A stretch of DNA of 62,584 bases, filler included, from Choristocarpus tenellus KU-1152 (GCA_964200185.2; 8 parts of 8 records of this genome joined end to end with filler, not necessarily neighbours in it); one strand, 5' to 3'; counted from the first letter of the whole stretch, positions 1 to 14,169 are shown. Program-made: numbers and translations. The notes: generated by a model not told the origin, from the sequence alone.

Positions 1-908
1 AAGGCGAGGGAGGTGGGGGGGGCTGGGGGGGGGGGGGGTGGGGGGGGGGGGGAGGGGGGGCGGGGGCTGAAGGGACACAAAACAAAATAGAAAACTACGG
101 CACACGCTGCAAATAGGTCATAGGGACACACAGAGACTGCAGTATCCTCTCCCCAATTTGTAGTTCAACGTTATCGTAACAGCTTTGTGTTTGTGTCGGG
201 CACTCTACGGGGGACAATTATTTCGGTTGCTGCTGAGTATTTTGGTAGGGGGGGTCGACACAAATATGGACAAAGAGTGAGATCAGAAAAAGAGCCCTTC
301 CTGTGTGGAAGATGATGCCTTTGTTTCCACAGATGACGCTGGGTTTGCCACTATTGGTGTAAGAGACAACACCATGTAGTCTGTCTCTCTCTACCTATCT
401 ATCATTCTCTATCTCTGTTTCCTCCCCTTGTGACAGTTGGTCAAAAATCTTCCACCACCCACCAACCACTTCATCACCGCAGTGAAATGTACAGTTCAAG
501 AGGAAGAAAAAAAAGCTACGGCAACAAATAAGTTATTCCAGCTTTTTTCCCAACCAACAAACAAGGCAACATCACTACGTACCAGCAAAGTACAGGACAA
601 TGTCCTTAGAGGGTTGAACCGCCTACTTGTTATGGTCCCACTGAGGTTAGGTACCCTCCCTGCCTGAGGACCAAAGCAAAAACAGAGCATTTTTCTTAAA
701 TATATGTATCTGTATCCTAAACACATTTCTTGCATCTTACATGATGCACGCTTCTTGCTGTATTTTTTTCATTATAGTGATGTATAGATGTGCCAGATAC
801 AGTATTTCAACAAGAATATGATTTGTGTCCTCTTTCCATCCACTCGTCCATCCGTCCATCCGTCCATCCATCCGCCATACCCCACCCCAGGTCCACGTCC
901 GCGCCCAC

Positions 909-943
909 GTCCAAGTCCAAGTCCAAGTCCAAGTCCAAGTCCA
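909..943. repeat. (GTCCAA)n hexamer microsatellite
   Basis: Five perfect units plus degenerate flanking units. Confidence 0.9.
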
Positions 944-2840
944 CATCCATCAACACTTAAAAACACAAAAAAGTAGCACCTTTTGACTGTATGACAGACT
1001 TAATGCTTGCTGCCAGGAGCGCTATGAATATTATCAGGAAGACCCACCGCCAGATAGGCCCTGAGTGAGACAAATGCGCATAGGCAAGGAAACACAGGTC
1101 AGGTTGTTCTTAAGTGACCATAGCCCTTCATAGTATATTTGATGTCGCTGGAAAAATTTCTGTTGAAAGCAAGCTAGCCTTTTCTGCTGCTCACTAACTA
1201 GTCTGTCCTCTCACAAGCACAAAGAGGATACCCCCCCCTTCAATGTGAAGGTACAGTCATCTCCATGAGTACCCACTCCATTAAGGGTCACAGCCCCCCC
1301 CCCCCATCTACGCTTCTTCTCCTGGTTGTTATTCCTTGCAGAAACTCATCATTTTTTTTGTTTATTGGTGAGAGAGTGAGGCTTACGGCACATACGATTG
1401 GGGCAAGAAGACGGCAGTTTCTTGTAAAGGTATAATAGGCCATGAGAAAGGTCGCTAGAAGGGTACCAAGAGTGGACAAGAGGGCCTCATGTAGGTGAAA
1501 AAATGCAGGAGGGGCTATTCGGTCCGTTTGACCACATCAACAACATGCTTGTGGAGGTAAAACCAAGGACATTGCTGGGTCTGGCGTAGGGAGGAACACA
1601 CACCAGGGGACTGTGGCATCAGTTGGATGTACATAAAATAAGAGAGCAGGGGGATCAGTGAAGTGGACACATCGTTGTGAAGAGGCGTTAGCATAGGTTT
1701 GGGGAGGGTAAGAAAAAATAATGAGATTTTATCGTTTTGAGGAGTGCCCCACATTAGGGTACAGAAGCTCAAAAGGACAAGTCAGTGCATGAAGGTAGTG
1801 TGGGTATTGACCCACGGCACACTCAGTCAAAGGTTTGAGCGACCTCAAATTAGTTATTCAGCAAGGGGAGATGGGAATTGCATCCACTTCTTTTTGTGTC
1901 TTAGCATGCCAACACACAACACACACACACACACACAAGCAGGTGTTCTCACTTCAGGAGGGGGTTGTGCCAGTGGTGCAAAGCAAGCCTCAAAATGTAA
2001 AACAAGAGGAAAAATATGCCGAGCAAAACATATGCGCAGCCTACACAAGAAGAACGTTTACATGTGTCGTGATGACCCTAACCCTGAGTACAATGGTACA
2101 TGAACAGAAAAAACTGGAGCACAGCCATCTAAGGCAGCTGGATGATGCAACTGAAAATTCCACGTAACACTCACTTAAAACCAGGTACCCCAGAACCTCA
2201 ACAACACCTACCCACCTTTTTGGATGTTCGTGCGAAAGCAAGTCTCTGCTGTTCTGGGCTGTGCACGCTCACCACCCCCTTGAGATGACGGAGCATTATC
2301 CATGGCTGCTCTCAACAGAGCAGGACACCCATCGGAAGGTGACGCGGGGCCACGAAAACCTCGACACGACCACGCAATACGCCTCCTCTCTCTCTCTCTC
2401 TCTCTCTAGGGGCAGAAGCAGGAGAGACTCGAACACAGATCTATCCTATTTATTTTTACTAGTGAAAAAAAAAATAAACGTGAGCGTCAGGTTGTGTTAG
2501 TTATAGGGTTAGGGTTAGAGGGTCCTCCTGTTTGCCGCAGCGTTTGGTGTTCTGAGGGACTACTGGGCTGGGCGACGACGACTACTACGACTATGACTAC
2601 GAGTGGGAGAGAGATCGGAAGGCATACGATGAGCGGAGCATTCATTCTTCCCAAGGATTCATGCCACCGTGGCAACATCAGCAACAAAAATGACAACATT
2701 TGATGAGTAGATGAGAGGTGGCGCACAGCGTTCGTTTTAGAAAAAAAATACTTGGGCAACATTGTGTCACAGGCCAGTGCTTCCGCCCACAAACGTACTG
2801 GCACCTCTTGATAAAGGCGTCAGGATGGAGACAAAAAAAA

Positions 2841-2874
<34 letters not shown>

Positions 2875-3849
2875 TATATATCGTACACACGGAATCCTCG
2901 GAGTTGACAGCGTCTCGGAGGTCCATCCGTCTTCCTCCCGCCGTACTGCCATCCATGAACCACGCCAACAGGGCACTCAAGGAAACCCCCAGCAGTTTGA
3001 TTTCGTGTATGCGGTTCATTTCCCACTTGAACGCTGCAAATCTACACCTTGAACAGGCGATGCAAAAAAGCGTTCTTAGCACATCGTAGTCAGGATTTCA
3101 ATTCCATTCGCGAGCTCCTAAACCTGAGTCCCACCCCGGGCCCCGTAAACGTCTACACTTGAGGAACTGAAGAAGCTGAGGTCATCATTGAGGGTGCAGT
3201 ACGGAATTTAGGCAACGTATCAGCACTAATGGTGCAGGAATTCATCTTCCTCTGTGCTCTGCCTCTGAGAGGACTTCTGAGATTTCTGTACACCAAAAAA
3301 CCGCATCAAACCGCCCTAGAATAAATACTGGAAAGCACTTGAGTGTATACTGATATGTATCTTCAATTTCTTATAATCTTTCGGGTGATGATCTCTCTGT
3401 TGAAAGCTTTCAGTATAAGTCGCTGTACCTCACACCACAGCAGCACTTTTCACACACGAGGGAGACAATAAACGCTTTTGAGCAGAGGAGGTAGAAAAGC
3501 AATGGACCATGCCATATTTGCTCCCTCACATCAAGACCAATGTAAATGCATGGCAATAGCAATGACAAAGGGGACTTCCAAAAGGGCAGTTGAAAGGAGA
3601 GGATCGTTTAGGCGCACAACACATTGTGTTTGAGTCAACAGGATGCTCTTGCCTTACAACATCTCCTGCCCCTTCCAATCGTATTATTCTTGATCTTCTT
3701 GATCTTCTTAATATTCTATTCATATATTTGGCCCAAGCAAACGAGCCAAGAGGATAGATACATTGTACAACAACCTGACCCGACCACCTCCATCTTAGTA
3801 GCATGCCTCCCAGTCAAACGTCTATTAAAATACTAAGGTACTGCTGAGA

Positions 3850-5900
3850 ATCCAAGATGCACGTTACTCCTGTCACTTCCACCGCAAAGGGCAATAACAA
3901 GGATTTCACCCAATCAATTCAAAGCAGCAATTTCTGGTGACTCACACTACTGGTCTCTACATAATGCCAACAGTGTATTTCAAATCATGCATATAACACA
4001 ATGAAACAAGTGTGACAACCAGACAGTTCACGGAGTGATATCTCTACAGCACAAAGACAGCAACAAGGATAACCACCAAATAATACTTTGTGGGGTGATG
4101 ATCACACCACTAGTTCGACTAAGACGCGAACAGAGAATGTGAACTGGTGGTATTAAAGTATCTGTCCAATGTACGACTTTATCTTCGTACATGAGAGAAC
4201 CGAACCATCATCGTATAAGGCAGAACCAACAGTCACAGAAGACCACCAGCAAGGTACATGTTCAATATATCTCCCAACAGAAAATAGATGCGGCTCAACG
4301 CGCAAACGAACTACTCTTACATCAAAAACGTTGTATAGTACGAGTATATGTGCAACATATAAGTATTGGTGTCACCAAGAACAGGCCAGACAGATGAAGC
4401 CTATTATGTATAGATTGTTCCAACAAGGCACATGTTGTACTCAGGAAAAGGTACAGCAAATGCTGAACGGGTGAGTGTCTGCTACAAAATTCGGACCTGG
4501 AAACACTACTGCAGAATTAAGCAAAGTGAAGGGAGTATGGAATATGTGCTCAAAAGTAGGGCTCGGTCAACAGCTGCATGATCCAGTGCGCAAAAGTGTA
4601 TCATTCAAATCATACATTGCAGAAATTAAGACTACTTCACCCACAGAACTTGAGTGTAGAGTGTGGAGGGTACTAACAATTTGACGAAAGGATATATCCT
4701 ACGCAAACCATTGAGCCATCGTTTTGAAGGGCGCAGACTGGCAGAACGATGAAGGCATTGAGATCAAGGTTGTGGATTTGAGGTGCGTCATAGGGCAAAG
4801 GAAGGAGATGTGGAAATGGCAAGCAGACCTAGACATTTTGTGAAGTTCAACCCTCCTTGACTGACCCTTGAGGGTCTATCATTGGTTGGTACCCACAACA
4901 GGAACAAGGAAGGGTCAACCTCGGTCTAGCCAAGCGTTAGCTGAACGTATAGAGATGATGGAACTTTCATGGCAGACGCGATGTACCGAGTAAAACATGG
5001 AAAGAAGTCGATGCTTACACAACTCCCTTCAACCCGCCTGTATGCCAAGAGCTAGAATGGAGACCCTACAAGGATCGGGAGCAATATCCTTCTACTCCCA
5101 GCTAGAAATATGCCCCGACTGGGGTCAACCAAAGGCTGAACACTGGTTGTACGGTGCTCATTGGGCGAATTCAACGTTGGAGGTCTTGCACCACGCGTGC
5201 ATCAAACGGGGACTTCCTCTTACCTATCTAGTTGTTCCTCAACGTTGCCGTGTACCCCACCCTCACTCCATCCAGCCACAAATCCAGATCCTCACACAAC
5301 TCACTTTCCCTATTGTACAACTACAGTGTATCTCCGTGTATTCCTTGTACCTAGGGTGGAAGTTTATTGTGGTTCAGTTGGTGTCGACGAAACCTCTGCT
5401 TGCCAGTTGCGCATGAACATTGCTACCGATCTAATCTCTTATGCAGTATTGGAAATAGTAGATAATCATGTTCCAAATGCGGCTCTAGTTACTATTGTCA
5501 CCTACTTACTACATGATAAAGAACCTGCGAAGGGCCCATGGTCGAAACAAAACAAAAGTACGAAGGGGGAATGGGTAACATTAGCATTCATTTATGGGAG
5601 TTGAATATGGACGGATTGTTATTGTGAGGTTGAGCGGACCTTCTGATAAATCCAGTTTGAAGGACTGAAGGGACTGGCAGTTACTTCGGGATGGGTTGAA
5701 GTAGGACTATCCAACTCGTTCTATCAACCAGACCCCACACATACAGTTGAGTATGAAGTTAGGGTAGGTGAGGTAATTGCCCACCCCCAAACCCCCACTC
5801 TGCCATGGGAGTGCCCCTGTTCGAAACCTGGTTACAGAGGTCAGATTTTCTTCCTAGGAAATTTGGCATACCAACCAGAAAGGAACACTTGTACCTTAGT
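3850..5900 (-). mobile_element. Heavily decayed Ty1/copia LTR-retrotransposon pol remnant
   Basis: Correctly ordered degenerate RT motifs on the minus strand: HNLDLNAF (4774-4748, cf. HQMDVKTAF), YDLNDTLLRTG (4614-4582) and PYTMMV-GSLMY (4220-4187, one frameshift, cf. PYRELVGSLMY). Boundaries are approximate and no LTRs were identified. Confidence 0.55.
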
Positions 5901-8561
5901 ATCTTACACTAAAACACATTTTATAAAAGGAATGTGTGGAAAGATTTAGATCGTGTTTGGGATTATCAAGTGGAGACTGATGAAGTACGCACGATATTCT
6001 AGGGAAGAAGTCAACCGACCAAGAGTGGGACGGCTGAACCTAACCCCACAGAATAAGTTGTAGCAAAACAGGTTGTAGTTAGTTTGTATAAAGTAGAAGA
6101 GATAAACAAGTAGTGTGTACCCCCACAGAATATATTTAGTGAAGAATATATGTACATTTCTATGATGAATATGGTTATTACGATATCGCGTGGATCTTGT
6201 TGCACTTTTTTCGATTCATTTTATAGGGAGGGGTTTCAAATCCAGACACATATATCATATAAAAACAATTTTTTATCTTCAATCTTTTTCTATTGGATTG
6301 ATATTGAAAGTCAAAACATCGACCTTAAATGAACTCTTATGTTTATTATAGTAGCCACCTGATAACCAATCATTTCTGCTGGTTATTAGGTTATCGACAC
6401 ATTGAGGCGCCTTCTTCAAGTCTCATCATCAACCTACAGGCTTGTGGAGGAACTACATATCCCATCAAGGTAAATTGCTGGTAGCGTTTGTAAACAATAG
6501 AGTACCTCAAGTCAGAAGAACTGGCAAGAACAGTACACGGGTCCTGTGTTTGTCTCCTCCACCATTCATTATGATTCCTGCTACTACGCCTTCCACACCT
6601 GGGCACCAGAGTCATCCCACAAAAGCACAGTAGTACCACACACAGTGTCATCGACTACATACCTAGAGAGATGGATGGTATGTACTTAGCCATGACTGTG
6701 TTGTCAACAAAGGACAACGAGATTCAGATGCAGACCGTGAAATGATCTGTGGAGAAAAATACTTCTATGCCATAGCATTGTCAAGTCTCCAATACCTCCT
6801 CCTTTGTCCTCCACCATTTAAGGGGGCCACCAACCTCATCGACCACATCTGCACCTAATGGTTGTTTGCCACAGTATACGTCCAGCTGATGTTGCAGTTA
6901 ATCCCCATAGGTAGGTAATCTCCAACCATGTCCTCTTGTGGGTTCTTCCCTTGCCTCGATCTCTAAAGTAGGGCACAACATCACCCTGCTGCTGTGTGTG
7001 ATGCCTTAGCTGCCTTCTTGAGCATAGATTGGTCATGCTGATTTTATGGTTTGTCTCATCATCTGAGGAATAGATCTCTCCCCCCTAGAAGTCGCATTTC
7101 TCCACAATTATTTAGCCCTCAGCTTGAAACACCTGCCAGCACCTATAATAAGATTTCCAAACCCATGACCTTCCTTTTGTTGTTGGAGGCAAATTTCGCA
7201 GTCAATCCCTCACTTCACCATCAACTTTTCTTCGTTGTCCCCTGCATCACCCTCTTCCATATCATTTTCTTCTTCGTCATTGACACTCTCACTTGCATAG
7301 TCAAGTACATCGTCTGGTACACTCACCCAACCCTCATTTATCGTCATGACAAGCAGAATTACACCGCAGAAGAATTGATTTACAAAGTGGTTATGCGATG
7401 ACTAATTCTCAGATCCTCTCATAAGCACACACCATCTATATCTAAACATTACCAAGTGAAATAGTCATTGTGACAACCTGTACTTAATAACTGTAGCACT
7501 GGCTGACTTTTATATCCTACCCCATTGCGGATTCTTTTAGCAATTACACCCGCATGAAAGACCCTCAAAACTAACAGTTTACTACATCCACATATTCTTA
7601 TACAAATACAGTTCCACAACAGAGAAAATGCCAAAAAATTGAGAAGGACCGAAAAATCTCCCCATTTCGCCCTTTTTTTATCATAAATATATCACTTCAT
7701 GATATAGTACACCAAAAATCATTTTAATATCTACATTTTTTGTCAGTATCGTACCTAGTATAACATCACTCCAAAACTAAATCCGAGACCATCAGTATTT
7801 TCACAGGACTTGACACCTCTCCACAACGTTGTCGCAACAAGTTCGCCTGAAGACGTGTAATTCTCGAGACGGATGTAGCTCCGTAGGCACACTATACAGA
7901 AGTTATTGCAACGGGAGGTGTGGGGACACCCAAGAAGCAGAGAAAGAGCGTGTTCGACATACACTAGTCTGAGGCATAAATACGAACACAGGACACAGAT
8001 GAACCGTAGACCACTCTCCTACCTGAAGCTTGCCTTTGTGCTATTGAGGTCACGACAGCAACCACGACAGACATCCACCTATCTACTGATAGGGTACCTA
8101 TAGGTGACCCACCTAAATATCTATCCACACACTCAAAAGGATTGTAGAGGTGGTTAATCTGTACAACGATTTTGAGTGTCTTCTAAGGTATCACTTTTTT
8201 TCCCTCTTTTTTTTTGTTCTCCCCAGAAGTTGAACTAGTGATATCTTTTGGATGGAGTGTGTGTGACATTTGGTATTTGGTATTTGGAAATGGGGATGAA
8301 CTCAAGTGTCATTTGTTGGTAATTGTTTCAGTACTCTAAGTGTACTTTGAGGTGCCTACACACTTCTCGAGGTCATCTCCTCATAGCTTCCCACTCTGAA
8401 GAACTCACCTAAGGTCAAAAGTGCAGGCTGGTCTGAGACAGAGCTTAGTTCCGATGATCTTGCCGAGCAGGTTGCTCAACCTTTGAGAGCATAGGGGCTT
8501 CTAGCCAGGGGAGCGGGGGGTGAACGCCTGCCACCTCCCAGGCACTCTTTCGGTGGGCAAG

Positions 8562-9686
8562 ATGGACCAGGGTGGTGTCCCACCTGAGCCTGCACCTGCC
8601 GTTGAGTCCACTAAAGCGAAGCTTCCCCTTCCCCCGATTTTTGGAAATGCGAAATCTGCAGCTGAGGGGGGTCCCCGTGCAGATGAAAGCAACGCTCTTG
8701 CCAACATGAACTTAGAGGACGTCTTCTCGGGGATATTCTTCACACCGGATGGAAACCTCCTAGACATACCATCGGATGAAGAAGACCTCTTGACCCTCTC
8801 GTCAATCTCAGGAAAGGAGAGAACACCTTTCGGCGTGTTGAGCAAAAGGCCATTGGGAACAGAGGCCGACGAGGCGAACACCGCCCTGTCCCAAACAGCG
8901 AAGGCAGCAGCAGCTGCGGCAGCGGAAGCGGCTGAAGCACAAGCTAAGGCGTACTCCAAGGCAAATGCCGCTGCCCAGGCAGCAGCGGCACATGCCCGAG
9001 CGCAGGTGAGTGGGGGGTAACATTCTTCCTTGGAGTAGGACAAGCATAATGTCGAAATCTTGCGTGGGAATGAGTACTAATTTTTTAGTGCTTCTCGGGT
9101 TTGAAGGATACTTGAGTTAATATATATTATCGTAACGATTCAACTCATGCGCTATTGCAGCCTTCTTTTCTCCAACCAAACTTGCATTGAGTAGGCAACT
9201 CTTTGCTTGACACGACGCCATCATGAAACGCAAGCATAGTTCCTTTCATGAGCTGTTTGATTTCCGCTACCTGTTTGAGGTTTCAAACGGGTCAAATAAT
9301 TTGATCAGGTCAACACCGTATCATATCTCGACAATAAATCCCTTACCAATTTACATCCCGCCCACCCAGGCGGAGGCAATGGGAATCAAGGGGGGGGCTT
9401 GGTCGGCAGGGATGACATCAGTCGCTGGAGTTGCTAGTGGAGTGGGTCTTGCAGCAGTGAAGACTGAGTTAGGATCAGAGCGTGTAGGGATTGGTGGTAG
9501 ATTGGGGACAACAGCAGGCACGATAGGTCGATGGGCTGGAGTGGGGGCTGGACAGACAGGTTCTGTGGCGGGAGTAGCAGCTGGAGCAGTAGGCAGGAGG
9601 GACGCAGAGGCGCATCCCCCACCAAAGCGATTACGACAGAAAATTTCTAGCAAGGACCTTACGGAGGAGCAGCGTGTGGAAAGGAG
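8562..9686 (+). CDS. Aureochrome-type bZIP transcription factor, 5' part only (exons 8562-9005, 9370-9686)
   Basis: Phase-0 GT-AG junction between the two exons. The N-terminal NLEDVFSGIFFTPDG resembles the diatom aureochrome 1a N-terminal motif as I recall it. Exon 2 ends KDLTEEQRVERR|gt, the start of the aureochrome basic region (normally followed by ERNREHAKRSR). No downstream bZIP or LOV exon was found before the spacer at 13914, so a LOV domain is inferred, not seen. Confidence 0.72.
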
Positions 9687-12600
9687 GTGTGTGCGGTTGG
9701 TTGGGAGGTATCTATAGGATGTGAGGTCGGTTGTTCGAGTGATGAGTGTGGAATATGATTGAGGTGATTAGGGAGGAAAATAGATGAGCTCATATTGTCA
9801 TCATTTGCTACTGAAATGTGGTTTCATTATAATGTACTGGGTGGTTGCAGTAATAGATAATAGAAAGAGCTATGTCAGTCAATTTGTGGATATATTTATA
9901 ATTACACATACATCCAACTCAAAAATCCAGGTTTGAGGGAAGCTCATGGGGCGAGTGAAAGTTTGTTGGTTTCCAGCTGGTGCAAATGCCTGGTCTGGGA
10001 TCCAAGTATTGGGTTTTATTTCATGATATAACTCTATGTGGTGTTGGAAATTGTTCATGTCGATATTAAACTATGGTGCATATTTGGATACTCATAAAAT
10101 TTTGGAGACAATGATAGGATCTGTCATGCTTGACGCTCTTGGTGCAGTTGTACAGAGGGCTTTTTCCTATCCAACCCTAGTTTAGCTCACTTTTTTGATG
10201 GCCATTGCATGTTATTTTGAGAACATTTCCCCTTCTCAGGGCGTGATAGATGTGCTTTGCGAGCGGGGGCAGAGTTGGGGGGGTGGGTACATATTCCAGT
10301 ACACTATTGAATGCAACCGTTTGCATTAGATATTGTTACATTCACATAATATTTTTTGTCTTTATGGTAGAGAAGCCCCATCTCAGTGTATTCTACTGTG
10401 CATTCATGTGTGTCCTAGCCCTTCTATACTGTCAATTTACGTTATAATCGTGCTAAGAGAGGAAGAAGCTGTGGAACAGTTTTGCATATGAAAGCCCTTT
10501 CATTGAATGGTTGTCCTACAGGTGCACAAGATACGTGAAATCATATGTTTGTCCATACATGTGGCATGCTTCTTGAAATTTTACTTTGCACCTTACTTCA
10601 GCTGTGGCGCACCAAGAGGTGCTAGATTTAATCATTTTTGATGAAGTGTAAAATTAGCCCATCATTTTTGGCGCTGAGCTTGTTGCAATCTGTGAACACT
10701 GTCCTCCTCAAAGTCTGCTCGAGTGACCGTATCTCAGAGGGTTAGGTATATTTGGAATACCTTACCTAAAACTTCGAAATTTGCTTACACCTGTGCTGCA
10801 CCATATTTGATGCTATGGGCTTGAAATGAAACTCAGGGACAAGGTGCAAAGCACATTGAGGCGTTTGTGGTGTGCCAGAAAACATGTTTGTAGAGCTCCA
10901 CTCCTAGCACAACCTTTTTTGGTATCGTATCATAACTGGCGATCAAGATTGAAATCTTAATGAAAGTGGGTGCAATGTGCTCGTATGCTCATCCTGTACC
11001 TTGATATTTGCTATTCGATTTTTGTTGTTGTTGGTTCCTCCCACAATTGACAAAATACATGCTATATGAAGACATTTGTGTGTGTGTCTGTCCATGCTCC
11101 CTCCAAGGGAGGGAGGTTGTGCCAGACCCTAACCCTAACCCTAACTTCAGGTTGGGGACGAAGTTCACCACCAAAGCGGTTGGGTTAGGGTTAGGGCTAA
11201 ATGAATAGCTCCTTGGATGCTAGAATTGTATTTTCATAAAATGCTGTTATCTCTAGATTAGATCTTGATATTGGTCCCTGGGTCATGTGTGGGATTTAAT
11301 ACTGTTCGGCATGTTGCCAGGTGAATCAATTGGTGAACAGTATATCAAGTAAATGTTCGTGATATTAGCAAACAATGGATACAAAACAGATTACCATATA
11401 TATATTGTAAAATGGTCATATCAGGAGTACCGTTTTACAATTTTGGCAGTTTTACTGAAAGGGTTTGCCAAAGTATTGCATGGCGTAAAATTTACTGACC
11501 ATGGGTTTCTTTGCAGAAGTAGAGAGCTGAAATTGCGAACTTTCATTCTGAGAACAATGTGTGGGAGGGGAGGGGAAGGGAGGGGAGGCTTTTTGAGTCT
11601 GTGTGCCTGTGAGAGGCTCACCCTTGAGATGGGCTGTTCTACAATGGATTTTGCACCATCTTGTGTGGTGAAGTTTGCAGTTCTGATCCTGGTGACATTG
11701 GAAGTTGATGAAGCCTATTTGGTCGCTTAGGGCTGTTGGGGCATCAAGAAGCATGTCCAGAAAGTTGAGGAAAAAGTGAAAGTCGTATTTATACTGCCTC
11801 AGAATGGCCAGCAGCTTGCCTATAGGACTGAGGTTCCCATTGGTTGTGGAAATGTCTCCCGTCTCATTCCGTTAAAACCTTTTTGTTTTTTGTCTATTGT
11901 TTTTGTTTTACAAGAGGATGAGCGAACATCATCCTTTTCCTATCTCCCCCCCCTCCCCCCACACTTATGTACAAGGTTCAGCACTGGTTTTGGTCTAGAA
12001 AGGTTCGTTCCTAGGTCCAGTCACCACCTAGGTCCTCATTCAGTGCTCCAGGTGGTCTGGTTGTACACCCAAGTGGCTACAATAACAGCAGTGGGATGTA
12101 ATGACTGATGCTATCGCTCACCGTTGTTTCCTAGTGCTTTGAACTTATTTATATCTTCATGTACATCCATCCGAAGGTACAGGTGCAGTCAGTACCATAC
12201 TTCTCCATTGTTATTTTAATCCCTGAAGCAGAACCCTACTCCTAACTGGTGTTTTAAGGCAGTAAGTGTATTCTTGTAGCTCCGTAGTTAAAAGGACAGT
12301 GCTCCCTTTCAGGAATTCGGTAATTGGAACCCACTTGATGCCAACCTTTTCAGGGAAATCTGATTTTGACGATCCAAAGTTCGCATGGCAAGTTCCGTGA
12401 ATCATACTACTACAAGGATGTGAGAAACCCAAAAACATGGTGACGAGGCTGGCTCTATTGCCAAACGACACCAAGAGACAATGTCAGCGCAAGATTCAAG
12501 GGAGGAGGAGCAATGAGTGGTGGGATGGCTGAACCCAATGCATCAGAAGCAAGGCATGAATGAATGGATGCAGTGGAACCAATCGTAGTGCCAAAAGCTA

Positions 12601-13913
12601 GTTAGGTACTATTCCGAGTGGTTGCCGTTATTATCTTCACTCTTGCCTGAGGACTCTCTCGACTCTTGGTCAGAGGCACTACACACTGCATAACTTCTCA
12701 TACTTAAAACTGCTGAAATATACTGTTGCACTATGACTAGTATTGTATTGACTCTGTTCATGCTCTGCCATCTGCAAGTTGTTTCACATCCTCCCTCTTG
12801 ATCTTGTTTTGGAACTGGCTTGTTGTTGCTCAGGAGTGAAGCCTTCCCGCCTTGTTCTTGGTCTATTTGTTTTCGTGTTGTAGTGACAGATAGGGCAGTG
12901 CAGGTGTACAGTCTGTAGTGCACGGCGTGTGGACTGTAGATGATCAGCACCAGATTTCCATGAAAGGGAAGTGTGGCATGAATGGGGTTAAAAACCCAAT
13001 AAATTCATGTATGGAACAGCTTCTGTTAACCACTGAGACATGAGGATGCTTGTAGTATGAAAGGTAGTGCAGTGTGAAGTGCCTCTGACGATTTGTTGGG
13101 ATAGTGATTTGTTGGGATAGTATCCGGGCCGACATGAAGGGTAGTGGTGATACTATTGCAACTGCTACTACTTCTACTACTGCTAATGATAATATATGCT
13201 AATAAGTGTAAGTGTTAGGGAAGTGGTCCAGTCTAATCCCAATTCAACAATCTCTCATAGTAGAGGAAAATCTTGTGACTGAAGGCGTCTACGTAAAAAT
13301 CATCTACATATGCCCACATCTGTTTGAGATTATTCAATTTGGGAGGTTGACCCAAGGTTTTTGACTAGACTGGAATGGTTCATCTTGACTGGGCCAGTGA
13401 AAAATGTTGAAATATAAGAAAAATCATGTCAACTTGGCTAGGCTGCTGGTTGGGCTGCTTACTACCAAGTCCCAATATTGTAATGGGAATCGTCCATAGC
13501 TGTCAGAGCTTCAAACATGGTTGTGGCCCGGACCCTGGCCATGCTAACCGCCTCAGACTGAGGAAGAGCCCTGGAAATTTCTAGTCCAGGCATGTCTACA
13601 GTAGAAAAGAGCACCACAAGGAAATTTCTAACGGAGGGTGCAGTGTCATACAAACCAAGGAATTATCCAACTGCTTGGGACGTCTTGCTTGTCATTGTGG
13701 CAGAAGGTATGCTAGTGATACATAGTGGTACTAATTCAAGTTGCACTCTCCATTTGTACGCACATACCTGCACATAGGCCCCTGAGGTGAAACGTGTTTC
13801 AAGAATTATTAGTAAAAGAGCACCTTTTTAGGGTTACGTAGGGGCCGGGGGGGGGGGTAACCTACAAGGGAGGTTCTTGCTGCCAACTAACTTAAGGGGA
13901 GAGCATTGCAAGG

Positions 13914-14013
13914 NNNNNNNNNNNNNNNNNNNNNNNNNNNNNNNNNNNNNNNNNNNNTTAATTAATTAANNNNNNNNNNNNNNNNNNNNNNNNNNNNNNN
14001 NNNNNNNNNNNNN
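13914..14013. other. Artificial contig spacer (44 N + TTAATTAATTAA + 44 N); also at 21352-21451, 33072-33171, 36158-36257, 40954-41053, 49908-50007, 54366-54465
   Basis: Seven identical 100-bp blocks; the 12-mer places stop codons in all six frames. Confidence 0.98.
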
Positions 14014-14014
14014 G

Positions 14015-14080
14015 TTACTGATGGCTATTTGGAAAGTGGCACCTGCGTTAGCTGCAGGTAACTGCGTTGTATTGAAGCCT
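14015..14080 (+). pseudogene. Isolated aldehyde dehydrogenase coding fragment (LLMAIWKVAPALAAGNCVVLKP) at a contig start
   Basis: 22 codons match the conserved ALDH WKxAPALAAGNxVVLKP motif; the fragment is fused directly to the interior of a MITE-A copy. Confidence 0.75.
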
Positions 14081-14169
14081 CCCCTGTTGTATGCAACCAA
14101 ATCACCCAAAAATCGCGACATGAAAAAATTGCCCCCAAATGGACAGCAGCCCCCAGATACTTTGAACCT

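Noticed and set aside
737-976. ORFs with WTWTWT, LGLGLG and PSPSPS runs
   Set aside because: These are translations of the GTCCAA microsatellite.
1000-2250. Decayed gypsy-type pol on the minus strand (VEVLGYLV, TDA)
   Set aside because: Only two very short motifs; not enough to support a call.
2749-3020. Possible first exons of a secreted GILT-like thiol reductase (MNRIHEIKLLGVSLSALLAW...|VPVRLWAEAL)
   Set aside because: The expected CPxC motif and downstream exons could not be found, and alternative frames are equally open.
5785-5845. tRNA-Gly-like element (GCC loop followed by GTTCGAAACC)
   Set aside because: No acceptor stem or D arm can be formed; at most a decayed tRNA-derived fragment.
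13958-13969. Recurrent TTAATTAATTAA as a biological motif
   Set aside because: Always centred in exactly 44+44 Ns; a six-frame-stop linker added during assembly.
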